Positions 19,162 through 29,011 of a DNA stretch of 64,000 bases are shown one piece after another. Position numbers and translations under genes: made by a program. How positions within the stretch are numbered: the stretch's first letter is position 1; every line of letters begins with the position of its first letter. This stretch comes from a virus. Below the pieces are notes generated by a model that saw nothing but the letters and a program-made list of their open reading frames with translations, was not told the origin of the DNA and made no database searches. The stretch spans positions 32,001 to 96,000 of the IMG/VR virus record IMGVR_UViG_3300011113_000492, one strand, 5' to 3'.

Positions 19162-19982
19162 CCGATTCTTCGAAAACTATAAACAGACTTGCAGTAATCT
19201 TAGTCGGCGAACTAAGAACATGGAAAATTGCCAGTCAGTATTTGTTTAAGTTATTCGAAGAACGTGCTCATCAAGTTGATTATTTTTTTGTTACATGGAA
19301 TGTAACTTCTCAGACTGGGGAATTAGTTTCAGTCACTGACTCTGATGTACTAACTCCGTTTCAATTACATAATAAAAATTTGATATCGTATAAAATATTG
19401 GAACCTATTGGCCGTCACAGAACAACATTTTATAATCAAGCCTGGCTGGCCAAATTTGGTAATATGTTAAAGCGTCGTCATGAAATTAATAACAATTTTG
19501 TATACGATCAAGTAGTCGAAACTAGACCCGATTGTTATTTTAGACGCAGTGCCACTCCTTGGATTATATGTAAAGATTTTGAGTATGAAGGTGCAGCACC
19601 TAAGACTTGGGCCAGCGGCCTATTAGGTATGACTGATGTTTACTTTAGAACCACGAGTAGTACCAACGATTTAATTGCAGATAGATACTATTTTACTAGA
19701 TCGGCTGACCACTCTCAAATAATAAACGAAACCCATTGGCAATTTTCTAATCATCATTGGGTTATGTGTGAAATTTTTAATAAAAGATTATTGGTACCAG
19801 TTAGTCATAACGACACCGGTGATTTCAATTTTTTCTGTTGCATAAGGCCCAACTTTCCAACAGACACCGACTTAGATAAGATTCATTGGAAAACTCTAGA
19901 TGAAATATTTGTTGGGTGGGGGAGACCATATGATGACTTTTTCTATGGTCCCCGGAGCTCCGAACCAATAATAGAAAATTAA
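19158..19982 (+). CDS. Hypothetical protein, possibly glycosyltransferase-related
   Basis: RLAVILVGELRTW start and YDQVVETRPD resemble motifs of phage sugar-locus proteins. Confidence 0.5.
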   Translation: MTDSSKTINRLAVILVGELRTWKIASQYLFKLFEERAHQVDYFFVTWNVTSQTGELVSVTDSDVLTPFQLHNKNLISYKILEPIGRHRTTFYNQAWLAKFGNMLKRRHEINNNFVYDQVVETRPDCYFRRSATPWIICKDFEYEGAAPKTWASGLLGMTDVYFRTTSSTNDLIADRYYFTRSADHSQIINETHWQFSNHHWVMCEIFNKRLLVPVSHNDTGDFNFFCCIRPNFPTDTDLDKIHWKTLDEIFVGWGRPYDDFFYGPRSSEPIIEN

Positions 19983-19989
19983 TTACTGG

Positions 19990-20018
19990 TTGATTTAAAT
20001 TCATATTCGTAGTAAACT
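19990..20018 (+). promoter_or_regulatory. sigma70-type promoter
   Basis: ggTTGATT-17-TAAACT. Confidence 0.55.
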
Positions 20019-20049
20019 ACACATCTGTTCAACTTTTATCAAATAAATT

Positions 20050-20496
20050 ATGGGACTTGATCAATATGCTTATGTGGCAGCTCGTGCAGGCCAAAACACA
20101 GAGTGGTGGGACGGTGCTGAATTGGATCCCGATACTCGCGATTATAGAAATTCTAAGGTAGACAAACCGCGTGAATTGGCCTACTGGAGGAAACATCCAA
20201 ATCTGCAGGGATGGATGGAGCATCTGTGGCACAAGAAACGTAATGCAGAAGGCAATCCCGTTGTCGAAGATGCCGATGACATGGGCACATTTAATGGTGT
20301 AGAGCTCGAGCTCACGTGGCAAGATATCGATGAATTAGAAAAAGCCGTAAAAAAACGTAAACTACCATCAACTCAAGGATTCTTTTTTGGTAATGATGCT
20401 GATCAGCACTACTACGATCAAGATTTAGAATTCATTAAAAATGCCCGAGCAGAATTGTTTCTGGGCTTGAAAGTGTTTTATAACAGCTCTTGGTAA
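20050..20496 (+). CDS. Conserved hypothetical phage protein (MGLDQY type)
   Basis: MGLDQYAY, YWRKHPNLQGWM, GFFFG, VFYNSSW. Confidence 0.8.
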   Translation: MGLDQYAYVAARAGQNTEWWDGAELDPDTRDYRNSKVDKPRELAYWRKHPNLQGWMEHLWHKKRNAEGNPVVEDADDMGTFNGVELELTWQDIDELEKAVKKRKLPSTQGFFFGNDADQHYYDQDLEFIKNARAELFLGLKVFYNSSW

Positions 20497-20519
20497 AGAG
20501 CATTTTTTGGAGAAGAGCA

Positions 20520-20678
20520 ATGAGCGAAAAAACTTTGAACACGGCTAATCAAGCCATTTTTCATATGCAACTTAACACCGACGAAGCAATTCGTTACGTG
20601 GTAAAACATGCCAGTGTCAGCCCCAAAGAGGCTGGTTTGGCCATCAAGGAGACCTTGGTAGGCTATAAAACACGATAA
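20520..20678 (+). CDS. Hypothetical protein
   Basis: GGAG RBS before ATG 20520. Confidence 0.6.
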   Translation: MSEKTLNTANQAIFHMQLNTDEAIRYVVKHASVSPKEAGLAIKETLVGYKTR

Positions 20679-20698
20679 AATACTAGCATATAATCAAC

Positions 20699-20737
20699 GC
20701 CCTTTACAGTGACTAAATACCGCTGAGAGGGCTTTTT
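20699..20737 (+). terminator. Terminator-like hairpin with late promoter TAAATA in its loop
   Basis: GCCCTTTaCAGTG / CGCTGAGAGGGC + TTTTT; TAAATA at 20714-20719. Confidence 0.6.
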
Positions 20738-20738
20738 C

Positions 20739-21236
20739 ATGGCTAGACCTAATCCCATTCGATCTATAATGGCGTACCCGTTACCCAGTATAACATATCA
20801 AAGGAAAAAAAGCTTTAGACCCACTGACGAAGATATTATCTACGCATATAATATATTAAACAAATATATTTTTGATAATCAATTAAGACGGCCCGAAATC
20901 AATCAAGGAATTATTCACAAAGCGTGGGGGCTGTGTCAATGGTATCAACAAGAACAAGACACAGGATCTTTCTGTTCTATTCGACTAGTAGACAAGTGGT
21001 TCTGTTCGCAATGGTTCCTAAACACACTTGCACATGAAATGGTGCATCAGTATCAATGGGACATAGATCGATGGAACCACATCGAACAATACGGAAAAGA
21101 CATTAACCTTAGTGGCGGTGCCCATGGACCCAGTTTTTATGCCTGGCGCGAACGATTTGAATACTACGATTTAAATTTAAAAGTCAGTTTTGGTCAGCGT
21201 CGTTGGTTTAGGCATCAAGACTTTAATAAATGTTGA
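20739..21236 (+). CDS. SprT-like zinc metallopeptidase
   Basis: TLAHEMVHQYQ (HExxH) ... HGPSF. Confidence 0.85.
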   Translation: MARPNPIRSIMAYPLPSITYQRKKSFRPTDEDIIYAYNILNKYIFDNQLRRPEINQGIIHKAWGLCQWYQQEQDTGSFCSIRLVDKWFCSQWFLNTLAHEMVHQYQWDIDRWNHIEQYGKDINLSGGAHGPSFYAWRERFEYYDLNLKVSFGQRRWFRHQDFNKC

Positions 21237-21261
21237 CAACTCTACTATAGTTGTCTATAAT
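21233..21261 (+). promoter_or_regulatory. sigma70-type promoter of clpP with inverted repeat in the spacer
   Basis: TTGACA-17-TATAAT; GACAACT-N7-AGTTGTC at 21235-21255. Confidence 0.7.
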
Positions 21262-21288
21262 TAGGTATAATTCACTATAAAGGAAATT

Positions 21289-21879
21289 ATGCCCAATTTT
21301 GTACCAACAGTGCTAGAAAAGACCAGCAACGGTGAGCGAGCCTATGACATTTACAGCCGATTGCTTAAAGATCGTATTGTGATGTTAGACACTGATGTCA
21401 ATGAACACAGTGCCAGTCTTGTAGTAGCGCAAATGCTATTTTTAGAAAGCGAAAATCCCGACGCAGATATCTTATTTTATATTAATAGCCCGGGCGGTGT
21501 AGTGACTGCTGGTATGGCTATCTATGATACTATGCAATTCATTAAACCCGAGGTGTCCACAATTGTCATGGGACAAGCATGTTCAATGGGCAGTTTATTG
21601 GCACAGGCGGGGGCGCCAGGAAAAAGACTAATGTTGCCCAATGCGCGACACATGATTCATCAGCCCAGCGGCGGAGCTCGAGGGCAGGCCACTGACATGT
21701 TGATTCAAGTTGAAGAAATTTTGTCAATGAAACGAAATTTAACCAATATCTATGTAAAGCATAACAGTGCATCTAAGACATTTGATGAATTGACTGCGGA
21801 CATGGAGCGAGATAATTTTATGAGCGCCGAACAGGCCGTTACATATGGATTAGCAGACAGTATTGTTGAACGTAGATAA
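21289..21879 (+). CDS. clpP: ATP-dependent Clp protease proteolytic subunit
   Basis: [27 protein letters not shown] (Ser), MIHQP (His), ERDNFM (Asp). Confidence 0.97.
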   Translation: MPNFVPTVLEKTSNGERAYDIYSRLLKDRIVMLDTDVNEHSASLVVAQMLFLESENPDADILFYINSPGGVVTAGMAIYDTMQFIKPEVSTIVMGQACSMGSLLAQAGAPGKRLMLPNARHMIHQPSGGARGQATDMLIQVEEILSMKRNLTNIYVKHNSASKTFDELTADMERDNFMSAEQAVTYGLADSIVERR

Positions 21880-21904
21880 ATATTTTCCTACATTCAACTT
21901 AACT

Positions 21905-22369
21905 ATGATAACACATCAATCTTTAACAGAAACCAAAACCGTCGTTAAACCTTGGGGACAAGAGAAATGGATCCAGCAAGGACAGGATAATCATTCTTAT
22001 GTACTTAAAGAAATTATCTTAAATGAAGGATTTAAAACTAGTTTACAAGTACACAAATACAAAGCGGAAACAAATTACATATTAGAGGGTCACGGTCGAC
22101 TAATATACAGTGATGTTGATTTCGACTGTGACAGGTATGTTGAGGGAAAATATACTGAGCAGGAGTTAGATCAAATTTTGATTAATTTAAAAGTTCAATC
22201 TTATGGCCCGGGCAGTGTAATGTCAATCGAACCTGGTACCATTCATAGAATGATTGCAGACACTGCACTACGATTTGTTGAAGCCAGTACTTGCCATTTA
22301 GACGATGTCATTCGATTACAAGATGATGCTAATCGTCTTCACGGTCGAATCGATTCAGAACACAAATAA
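21905..22369 (+). CDS. Cupin protein (mannose-6-phosphate isomerase type II C-terminal-like)
   Basis: VVKPWGQEKW, TSLQVHKYKAET, IEPGTIHRM, DDVIRLQDD. Confidence 0.8.
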   Translation: MITHQSLTETKTVVKPWGQEKWIQQGQDNHSYVLKEIILNEGFKTSLQVHKYKAETNYILEGHGRLIYSDVDFDCDRYVEGKYTEQELDQILINLKVQSYGPGSVMSIEPGTIHRMIADTALRFVEASTCHLDDVIRLQDDANRLHGRIDSEHK

Positions 22370-22370
22370 T

Positions 22371-23915
22371 ATGTTAACAGTATTGATATTAGCCGCAGGC
22401 TATGGCCGGCGTATGGGTCCGTTTAGTCGCATGGTCAACAAAGCACTTATTCCCTACGACAATAAACCGTTAATTAGTCATATCATGGAAAAGTTTGACC
22501 TTGATACCAAATTTGTTATTGCCTGCGGACATATGGGACAACAGGTAAAAGACTATGTCAGTGCAGTACATACAGACAAACAAATAGTCTATGTGGATAT
22601 TCCCGACTATAGCGAAGGCCACACCGGTCCTGCCACTACAATTCAACATTGTGCAAAACATATCAACGGTTCTTTCTTTTGGTTAAGCTGCGATACATTA
22701 TTTGATTTTGATTATAGAGATAAACTGGACCATAACTGGATCGGTGTTCATCCCGTAGACAGTGATATAGCACAAGACTATTGTTGGGTCGAGCGAGAAG
22801 GCGAAACAATTACAATTATTAAGAATAAACAGCCCAGCAAGTTAGCAGTGGATGCTTTTATTGGATTAATGTATTGTGTAGATACCGCATACCTCGACAA
22901 CCTCAAAGCAGTTAGTGCCCGTGAAGCCTATGAAGGGTTCAATGATAATCTTAAACTCCAGGCGCACACTGTCAGAGGATGGAAAGATTTTGGTACGTAT
23001 GATAAGTGGGTTGAATTAAGTTCGGGACTTAAAGAGATTAGTTTTCCTAAACCCAACGAAATTTTTTATCACGACAATAATAAAATTATTAAGTTTACAG
23101 TAGATAGTACATTAACTGACAGAAAAGCAAATCGAGCACTGCTAAATCCTGTGTGTATGCCCAATGGTATTAGACGCAGTGGACAATTTTTAGTCTACGA
23201 CTATGTGGATGGTGATATCATTTACAGCCAATTGACCAATGAACTTATGCACAAAGTAATCTCATGGGCAGACAAAGACTTATGGAAACGTAAATGGTTT
23301 CCTAATACCAGTAATATTTGTCGAGACTTTTACTATAAAAAAACTCAGGATCGATTACAGCAGTTCCGAGTTAAGTACAGCGATTGGAGCGAACCTTGTA
23401 CAGTTAACGGAGATCCAGTAGAATCCATAGACACTTATCTTAGTAAGATCGATTGGGACTGGTTATGTAACACCACCGAATGGGCCTTTATTCACGGCGA
23501 CTTTCAATTTGAAAATGTGATATACAATCCCCAAGCAGATATATTTACTGCCATTGATTGGCGCACAGATTTCGGCGGCGACAGTTACGGTGATTTGTAT
23601 TATGATTTAGCCAAGATGGTGGGTGGCATTCTATTAGACTATCAAGCAGTTAAAGCAGGCAAACTAGAATACAACGAACACGCAGACTCTGCAACTTTAA
23701 ATTATTGCGGAATACAGGATGCACAAAATTATATTCAAACTGTTAAAGATTATTGCAATTTAAAAGAATTAGATTGGAACAAAGTAGAATTGTTAGTGGC
23801 CATTATCTATTTGAATATGAGTCCGTTGCACGATGCACCGTTTGACAAATACTTATTTGCTTTGGCGCAGTTACATTTTTCGAGATATTTCAATGAATCT
23901 ACAGACAGCAATTAA
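22371..23915 (+). CDS. Sugar nucleotidyltransferase fused to a choline/aminoglycoside-kinase-like domain
   Basis: LILAAGYGRRM...NKAL, LSCD; C-terminal IHGDFQFENV, IDWR, YYDLAK. Confidence 0.8.
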   Translation: MLTVLILAAGYGRRMGPFSRMVNKALIPYDNKPLISHIMEKFDLDTKFVIACGHMGQQVKDYVSAVHTDKQIVYVDIPDYSEGHTGPATTIQHCAKHINGSFFWLSCDTLFDFDYRDKLDHNWIGVHPVDSDIAQDYCWVEREGETITIIKNKQPSKLAVDAFIGLMYCVDTAYLDNLKAVSAREAYEGFNDNLKLQAHTVRGWKDFGTYDKWVELSSGLKEISFPKPNEIFYHDNNKIIKFTVDSTLTDRKANRALLNPVCMPNGIRRSGQFLVYDYVDGDIIYSQLTNELMHKVISWADKDLWKRKWFPNTSNICRDFYYKKTQDRLQQFRVKYSDWSEPCTVNGDPVESIDTYLSKIDWDWLCNTTEWAFIHGDFQFENVIYNPQADIFTAIDWRTDFGGDSYGDLYYDLAKMVGGILLDYQAVKAGKLEYNEHADSATLNYCGIQDAQNYIQTVKDYCNLKELDWNKVELLVAIIYLNMSPLHDAPFDKYLFALAQLHFSRYFNESTDSN

Positions 23916-24633
23916 GTGGAAAAAGAAATCTAAACTATTTGTAAGTCTTGCGGGCCGTCCGGGCAAGACTGGTGAAAACTTTTATTCTACATTATTTGAA
24001 TATCATAATATAGATGCCGAATACATAGCCTGCGAGTGTAAAGATTTTCTCCAAGACATACTTTTGGTTCGCGAACACTGCGCCGGGGCCAGTATTACCA
24101 TGCCTTTTAAACAACTTGCCAGTCAACATATAGATAGATCCGAATCGCCTAATTCGGCTATCAATACTGTGATAAATTACTCAAGCTTACTTGTTGGCTA
24201 TAATTGTGATTATCTAGGACTCAAGGAAGTATTGGGCGACAGATTAAAAGATCAAACTGTGGTAGTTCTCGGTGATGGTGCAATGGCGGAGAATGTCATT
24301 ATGTTATCGAATCAGGCCTGTAGCGTTATTCAAATATCCAGGCGTAAAAATAATTGGGATCAACGACACACAAACTGTGATGTGCTGATTAATACCACTG
24401 GTATTGGTATGGGCACAGATCAATCTCCGGTTGATTTTATTAATGCCCACACTGTGGTTGATTGTGTTATTGGTAAAACTTCATTGATAAGACAAGCACG
24501 AGAAAAAAATAAAAAAGTGATAACCGGAGCAGATATATATCAAGCACAGTTCAAACACCAATTTAAATTGTACACACACCAGGAACCCGACTCGGCAATA
24601 GTTAGTTTGGTAGCAAAGAGAGTATTTGAATGA
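23893..24633 (+). CDS. Shikimate-dehydrogenase-like oxidoreductase
   Basis: GASITMPFK, AINTV, GYNCD, VLGDGAMA, INTTGIGM. Confidence 0.75.
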   Translation: MNLQTAIKWKKKSKLFVSLAGRPGKTGENFYSTLFEYHNIDAEYIACECKDFLQDILLVREHCAGASITMPFKQLASQHIDRSESPNSAINTVINYSSLLVGYNCDYLGLKEVLGDRLKDQTVVVLGDGAMAENVIMLSNQACSVIQISRRKNNWDQRHTNCDVLINTTGIGMGTDQSPVDFINAHTVVDCVIGKTSLIRQAREKNKKVITGADIYQAQFKHQFKLYTHQEPDSAIVSLVAKRVFE

Positions 24634-25100
24634 TTAAAACATTTATCAGTGACGTAGACGGATGCCTCAATGATGGCCGGATCTATTGGGGTGCAGACGG
24701 TAAAAAGCCATTTAAAGCCTTTGGTAATTACGATCACGACGGTGTTAAACTTTTAAAGGACCATATTAAACTAGTTTTTATCAGCGCAGATCGCCATGGA
24801 TGGGACATTCTAGAATCTCGAATTGTTAATCATATGAAGTGCGATTTATTTTATGTACCTGAAAAGGACCGTTTCGAATTTGTAAAAAAATACGGATTTG
24901 ATGAAGTGGCCTTCATGGGAGACGGAATATATGATGCCAAAATTATTAAACATTCGAAGATTGGCATCGCTCCAGCACAGGCCAGAATAGAAGCCAGGCT
25001 GGCCGCTGACTATGTAACCCCTAGCAATGGTGGAGAAGGTGCATATTTGGATGCTTGCATTCATATTATGAAACAAACAGGTATACTTTATGAATTTTAA
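24630..25100 (+). CDS. KdsC-like HAD phosphatase
   Basis: SDVDGCLND, ISAD, FMGDGIYD, GGEGA. Confidence 0.8.
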   Translation: MIKTFISDVDGCLNDGRIYWGADGKKPFKAFGNYDHDGVKLLKDHIKLVFISADRHGWDILESRIVNHMKCDLFYVPEKDRFEFVKKYGFDEVAFMGDGIYDAKIIKHSKIGIAPAQARIEARLAADYVTPSNGGEGAYLDACIHIMKQTGILYEF

Positions 25101-26067
25101 ATTAGGCCTTGGGCCCATGAGCGTTCGAATAAACGACATATTGGCTAGGTATGCCAAAGAATACCAACGCCCATTAATGTTTATCGCCAGCAGAAATCAA
25201 GTTGATGCAACCAGTGGATACGTAATGACCACGGCCGAGCTGGCTAATCAAATTAATCCTTTACGCAGTGATTATCTAATGCTGTGTAGAGATCATTGCG
25301 GTCCTTATTTTTTGGACATAGAAAAGAGTCTGAGCCTTGATAAAGCAGTAGAAGCAACTAAGAAAACTATAGCCGGGGATATCGAAAACGGATTTGATCT
25401 TATACATATCGATACCAGTCGATGTGACAATCCATATCATGTCGCCGACGAACTGTTTAACTTTTGTTTAAAATTAAACCCAAAAATCAAATTTGAATTT
25501 GGCACAGAAGAAAATGTGGGCGTGGCTGCGGGTATTAAGAAATACCAAGAAGATGTCAAGTTTGCCAGTCAGTTTCCCAACATGGAATTTGTGGTAGCTC
25601 AGACTGGCAGTTTGACCATGGAAGATCGACAAGTTGGTAGCTTTGATGTGGCCATGGTCCGCAAATTAGTGGGGTATGCAGAGTCTGCCAGAGTTAAATT
25701 AAAAGAGCATAATGCAGATTATTTGTCAGCTGAACAAATTTCTTTACGTAAACAAGCAGGAGTACATGCCTGTAATATTGCGCCGCAGCTAGGTGTTATC
25801 CAAACAAAAACAATATTGGATCTTGCTGATCAATTTGGAGTAGACTCTGTTGATTTCAAGCAAACAGTATTAGACAGTGGTAAGTGGAAAAAATGGATCA
25901 TTGACGGTGACGATGATGTAAAAATTGCTGTTGCAGGACACTATTGTTTTAATTCTCCAGTTTATTCTCTATTAGAACAAAAATTGGCCTACTTATGTGA
26001 TGTCGAATCAACGGTTGAACAAAACATCAAAATTTGTTTGGATCAATATTATACCAATTTATACTAA
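25090..26067 (+). CDS. GatZ/KbaZ-like (tagatose-6-phosphate epimerase family) protein
   Basis: ASRNQVD, CRDHCGP, IHIDTS, FEFGTEE, LKEHNADY, NIAPQLG. Confidence 0.75.
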   Translation: MNFKLGLGPMSVRINDILARYAKEYQRPLMFIASRNQVDATSGYVMTTAELANQINPLRSDYLMLCRDHCGPYFLDIEKSLSLDKAVEATKKTIAGDIENGFDLIHIDTSRCDNPYHVADELFNFCLKLNPKIKFEFGTEENVGVAAGIKKYQEDVKFASQFPNMEFVVAQTGSLTMEDRQVGSFDVAMVRKLVGYAESARVKLKEHNADYLSAEQISLRKQAGVHACNIAPQLGVIQTKTILDLADQFGVDSVDFKQTVLDSGKWKKWIIDGDDDVKIAVAGHYCFNSPVYSLLEQKLAYLCDVESTVEQNIKICLDQYYTNLY

Positions 26068-26095
26068 ATAACTTAGTATTTAAAGGCGTAGTTTG

Positions 26096-26530
26096 ATGAA
26101 AAAATTATTAGTTTTATTAGCATTTTTACCTTTTGTAGCTTTTGCACAAAAAACACCTCAAGGGGCAACCTACGATGCACAAATTGTACGCATCAATGAC
26201 GGCGACACTGTAGTCATAGCTGCACCATTTTTGCCTGCACCATTAAAACCTGAACTGGCTGTTAGAGTTTTTGGTGTCGATACTCCTGAAAAAGGTTTTC
26301 GTGCCCAATGCCCGCAAGAAGATCAACGTGGACAAATGGCCACAGCTTTCACTAAGCAAGCTATTGCAGCCAGTCAAAAAAGACAGGTTACCTTGTACGG
26401 ATGGGATAAATTTGGTGGCAGGGTATTGGGAGATATCATCTTAGATGGTAAAAGTCTGCGAGCCATGCTAATACAAAACGGGTTTGCCAGAGAGTACTTT
26501 GGCGAAGCTAAAACAAGCTGGTGTAATTAA
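26096..26530 (+). CDS. Secreted thermonuclease (SNase family)
   Basis: Signal peptide; INDGDT, VRVFGVDTPE, DKFGGRVLG, LIQNGFA. Confidence 0.9.
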   Translation: MKKLLVLLAFLPFVAFAQKTPQGATYDAQIVRINDGDTVVIAAPFLPAPLKPELAVRVFGVDTPEKGFRAQCPQEDQRGQMATAFTKQAIAASQKRQVTLYGWDKFGGRVLGDIILDGKSLRAMLIQNGFAREYFGEAKTSWCN

Positions 26531-26549
26531 TACAGTTTGATGAAAATTT

Positions 26550-26574
26550 AAAGGGCCTATGTGGCCCTTTTTTT
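26550..26574 (+). terminator. Rho-independent terminator
   Basis: AAAGGGCC-tatgt-GGCCCTTT + T tract. Confidence 0.75.
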
Positions 26575-26610
26575 ATTAAAAATAAATATAATATCCGACA
26601 ACTATTATCT

Positions 26611-28995
26611 ATGAGATACCAAGAAATTAAAATAATACAGGAAGACGAGGACTTATTTGAAATAAACATGAGTCCTGGTAATCTTGACAAGTTAGCTAGT
26701 CAAATTGATGCCCGGGCAGGCATGGAGTTTGAAATGATCGTACCAGGGGTTAAAGATCAAGAATCAGAATTTGAACCCGACTATGACAGTGATGAAAGCT
26801 GCCGTAGTATCGACGATGCTGTGGAGTTTTTCCATGACGGAGACTATAATAGTCGCAACGACGTTAGGCGACTGCAAATTCAAATGCAGCAGGACTACGG
26901 AGAGTGGTTGATGGAAAAGATCGACGAAGATTGGGATAATGATCCCGAAGAACACATCTATCAGTATCTTGTGGCCGATGTCGACACAGCAACCATTGGA
27001 GAAATCATTGGTGTCGATCTTTCAGACACTGACGGTGCGACCAAGCAGCAGGTGGCTCAGGCAGCAGAACTGATCAATGAAAATGAACTACAGCCCTTTT
27101 TCAATGACGCTAGAGATTGGCACAGAGCAGAAAATGACGGTGCCTGGGACGAAAGCGACTGGTTGGACGAGGCAGATCTTGACCGTATGAGTGCCATTGA
27201 AAACGCCTACCAGATCACTTGGCCGCACTGGACCTATAGTAGCGGCGAAGACAACGTAGATGTAGATCAAGTTGCCGATGAATTTGGAACAGCCATGCAA
27301 CGTCCAGTAAATGCCAGTAGATCATATCACGGTGCTCGTCGTGAAGCTGGCCATTATGTAGTAGAGCCCGACGGCAGTTTAGACCCAGACGGAGATGATG
27401 ACATGGGTTTGGAATTTGTAAGTCCACCCTTGCCTCTAGAAGAAATGTTCAGTGACTTAGACAAAGTTAAAACATGGGCAGATAGAACAGGATGTTATAC
27501 AAATGAAAGTACGGGTTTGCACATCAATGTCAGCGTACCTGGATTCAACATTGATAATTTAGACTACATAAAATTGGCATTATTAATGGGTGACAAATAT
27601 GTGCTGGAACAATTTGACAGATTGGGTAATACCTATGCCAAAAGTGCCATGGACAAAATTATCGACCGTGTCAGACAAAGACCTGAAGATGCTGAAATGC
27701 TGCTGGTTAAGATGAAAGAAGGATTAGGCAAGCTAGCAACTAAAGTAATTCACAGCGGTATAACTGACAAATATACCAGTATCAATACAAAAACGGGTTA
27801 TGTGGAATTTCGGAGTCCGGGCGGTGATTGGTTAGGCGATAAATTTTTTAATCAAATAAAACCAACACTACTAAGATTTGTAGTTGCATTAGACGCTGCC
27901 ATGGATCCAGAAAAATATAGAGACGAGTATCTTAAAAAACTTTATAAACTACTGCAACCTAAAAGCAAAGAAGATACACTAAGTTACTTTGCCAAGTACG
28001 CCGCAGGAGAAATGCCTAAGGCAGCATTAAAGAGTTTCATTAAACAAGCACAATTAGAACGTAAAATTTCCAAAGACCCCACTGGTGGAGAGAAGTATTG
28101 GTGGCGTGTGGGGCGTCCAGGTTACGGTGGATCTGTTGAGGTAGTAGCCACTAGTCGAGCAGAAGCTATTGCAGCAGGAAAGAAAGAAATTCCTGAATGG
28201 GATTATGCCAAGGACATGACTGCTACTCCGATTCGTCCGTACAGCGACAGTCCGATAATCGGCAGAATACGTGAACCCGAGCCGGTTGGCGCAATGCGTC
28301 CAACCAATCCTGATGGCAACTATGTAATTTTTGCCAATAACAGCAGAGCCGGCGATCCTCCTGCTTACCGCTTTATGGCCGCAGACGGGGACGATGCAGA
28401 AACAGTGTTGAATCAATGGAGACGTGCAAATCCTGGTGATTGGGAAGTACATTATGATGCCAACCAAAGACTAGGACAGCCTCCTGTGCCGGGCAGTACC
28501 CTGGACCGTCAACGTCAGCGAGCTGCACAATCGGGCGGCAGCTTTGAATTTGAATTGAGTCAAACTGATATAGAAAATCGCCTGGGTTGGCCTGATCAAA
28601 CTGCTGATGCCAACTATGAAGTTGTAAATAGAAATACCTTGCAGCCAGTGTATTTGTTCATTGCCAATACCGACCAGGATGCTGCAAGAAAATACAGTCA
28701 AATCATAGATGCCATGGGCATGCCTGGCGCAGCCGAAAACTATGGCTACAGAGCCAGGGGCAGTGTAATGCCACCCGTGGATCGCCAAGGAGCTCAATCA
28801 AGTGACCGGCGTCCTGCCACCGGTGGTAACTTCACTGGTGTTTGGCTGATTTTAGATCCCGATGGCAATGTCATACATAGTTTTGCTGGGGTAGGCAACG
28901 TGCAGAGTGATGCCAACCGTGTGGCCATTCAATGGCTGCGAGCACACCCTGGCGCCATGCAGGCTGGTGTCACAGTGGTACCAGAGATGAGATAA
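26611..28995 (+). CDS. Putative amidoligase (glutamine-synthetase-like COOH-NH2 ligase) with acidic insert and C-terminal repeats
   Basis: GMEFE, VEPDGSL, GLEFVSPPL, TNESTGLHINVS, YVEFRSPGG. Confidence 0.8.
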   Translation: MRYQEIKIIQEDEDLFEINMSPGNLDKLASQIDARAGMEFEMIVPGVKDQESEFEPDYDSDESCRSIDDAVEFFHDGDYNSRNDVRRLQIQMQQDYGEWLMEKIDEDWDNDPEEHIYQYLVADVDTATIGEIIGVDLSDTDGATKQQVAQAAELINENELQPFFNDARDWHRAENDGAWDESDWLDEADLDRMSAIENAYQITWPHWTYSSGEDNVDVDQVADEFGTAMQRPVNASRSYHGARREAGHYVVEPDGSLDPDGDDDMGLEFVSPPLPLEEMFSDLDKVKTWADRTGCYTNESTGLHINVSVPGFNIDNLDYIKLALLMGDKYVLEQFDRLGNTYAKSAMDKIIDRVRQRPEDAEMLLVKMKEGLGKLATKVIHSGITDKYTSINTKTGYVEFRSPGGDWLGDKFFNQIKPTLLRFVVALDAAMDPEKYRDEYLKKLYKLLQPKSKEDTLSYFAKYAAGEMPKAALKSFIKQAQLERKISKDPTGGEKYWWRVGRPGYGGSVEVVATSRAEAIAAGKKEIPEWDYAKDMTATPIRPYSDSPIIGRIREPEPVGAMRPTNPDGNYVIFANNSRAGDPPAYRFMAADGDDAETVLNQWRRANPGDWEVHYDANQRLGQPPVPGSTLDRQRQRAAQSGGSFEFELSQTDIENRLGWPDQTADANYEVVNRNTLQPVYLFIANTDQDAARKYSQIIDAMGMPGAAENYGYRARGSVMPPVDRQGAQSSDRRPATGGNFTGVWLILDPDGNVIHSFAGVGNVQSDANRVAIQWLRAHPGAMQAGVTVVPEMR

Positions 28996-29011
28996 GTTTA
29001 AAGGATGAATT

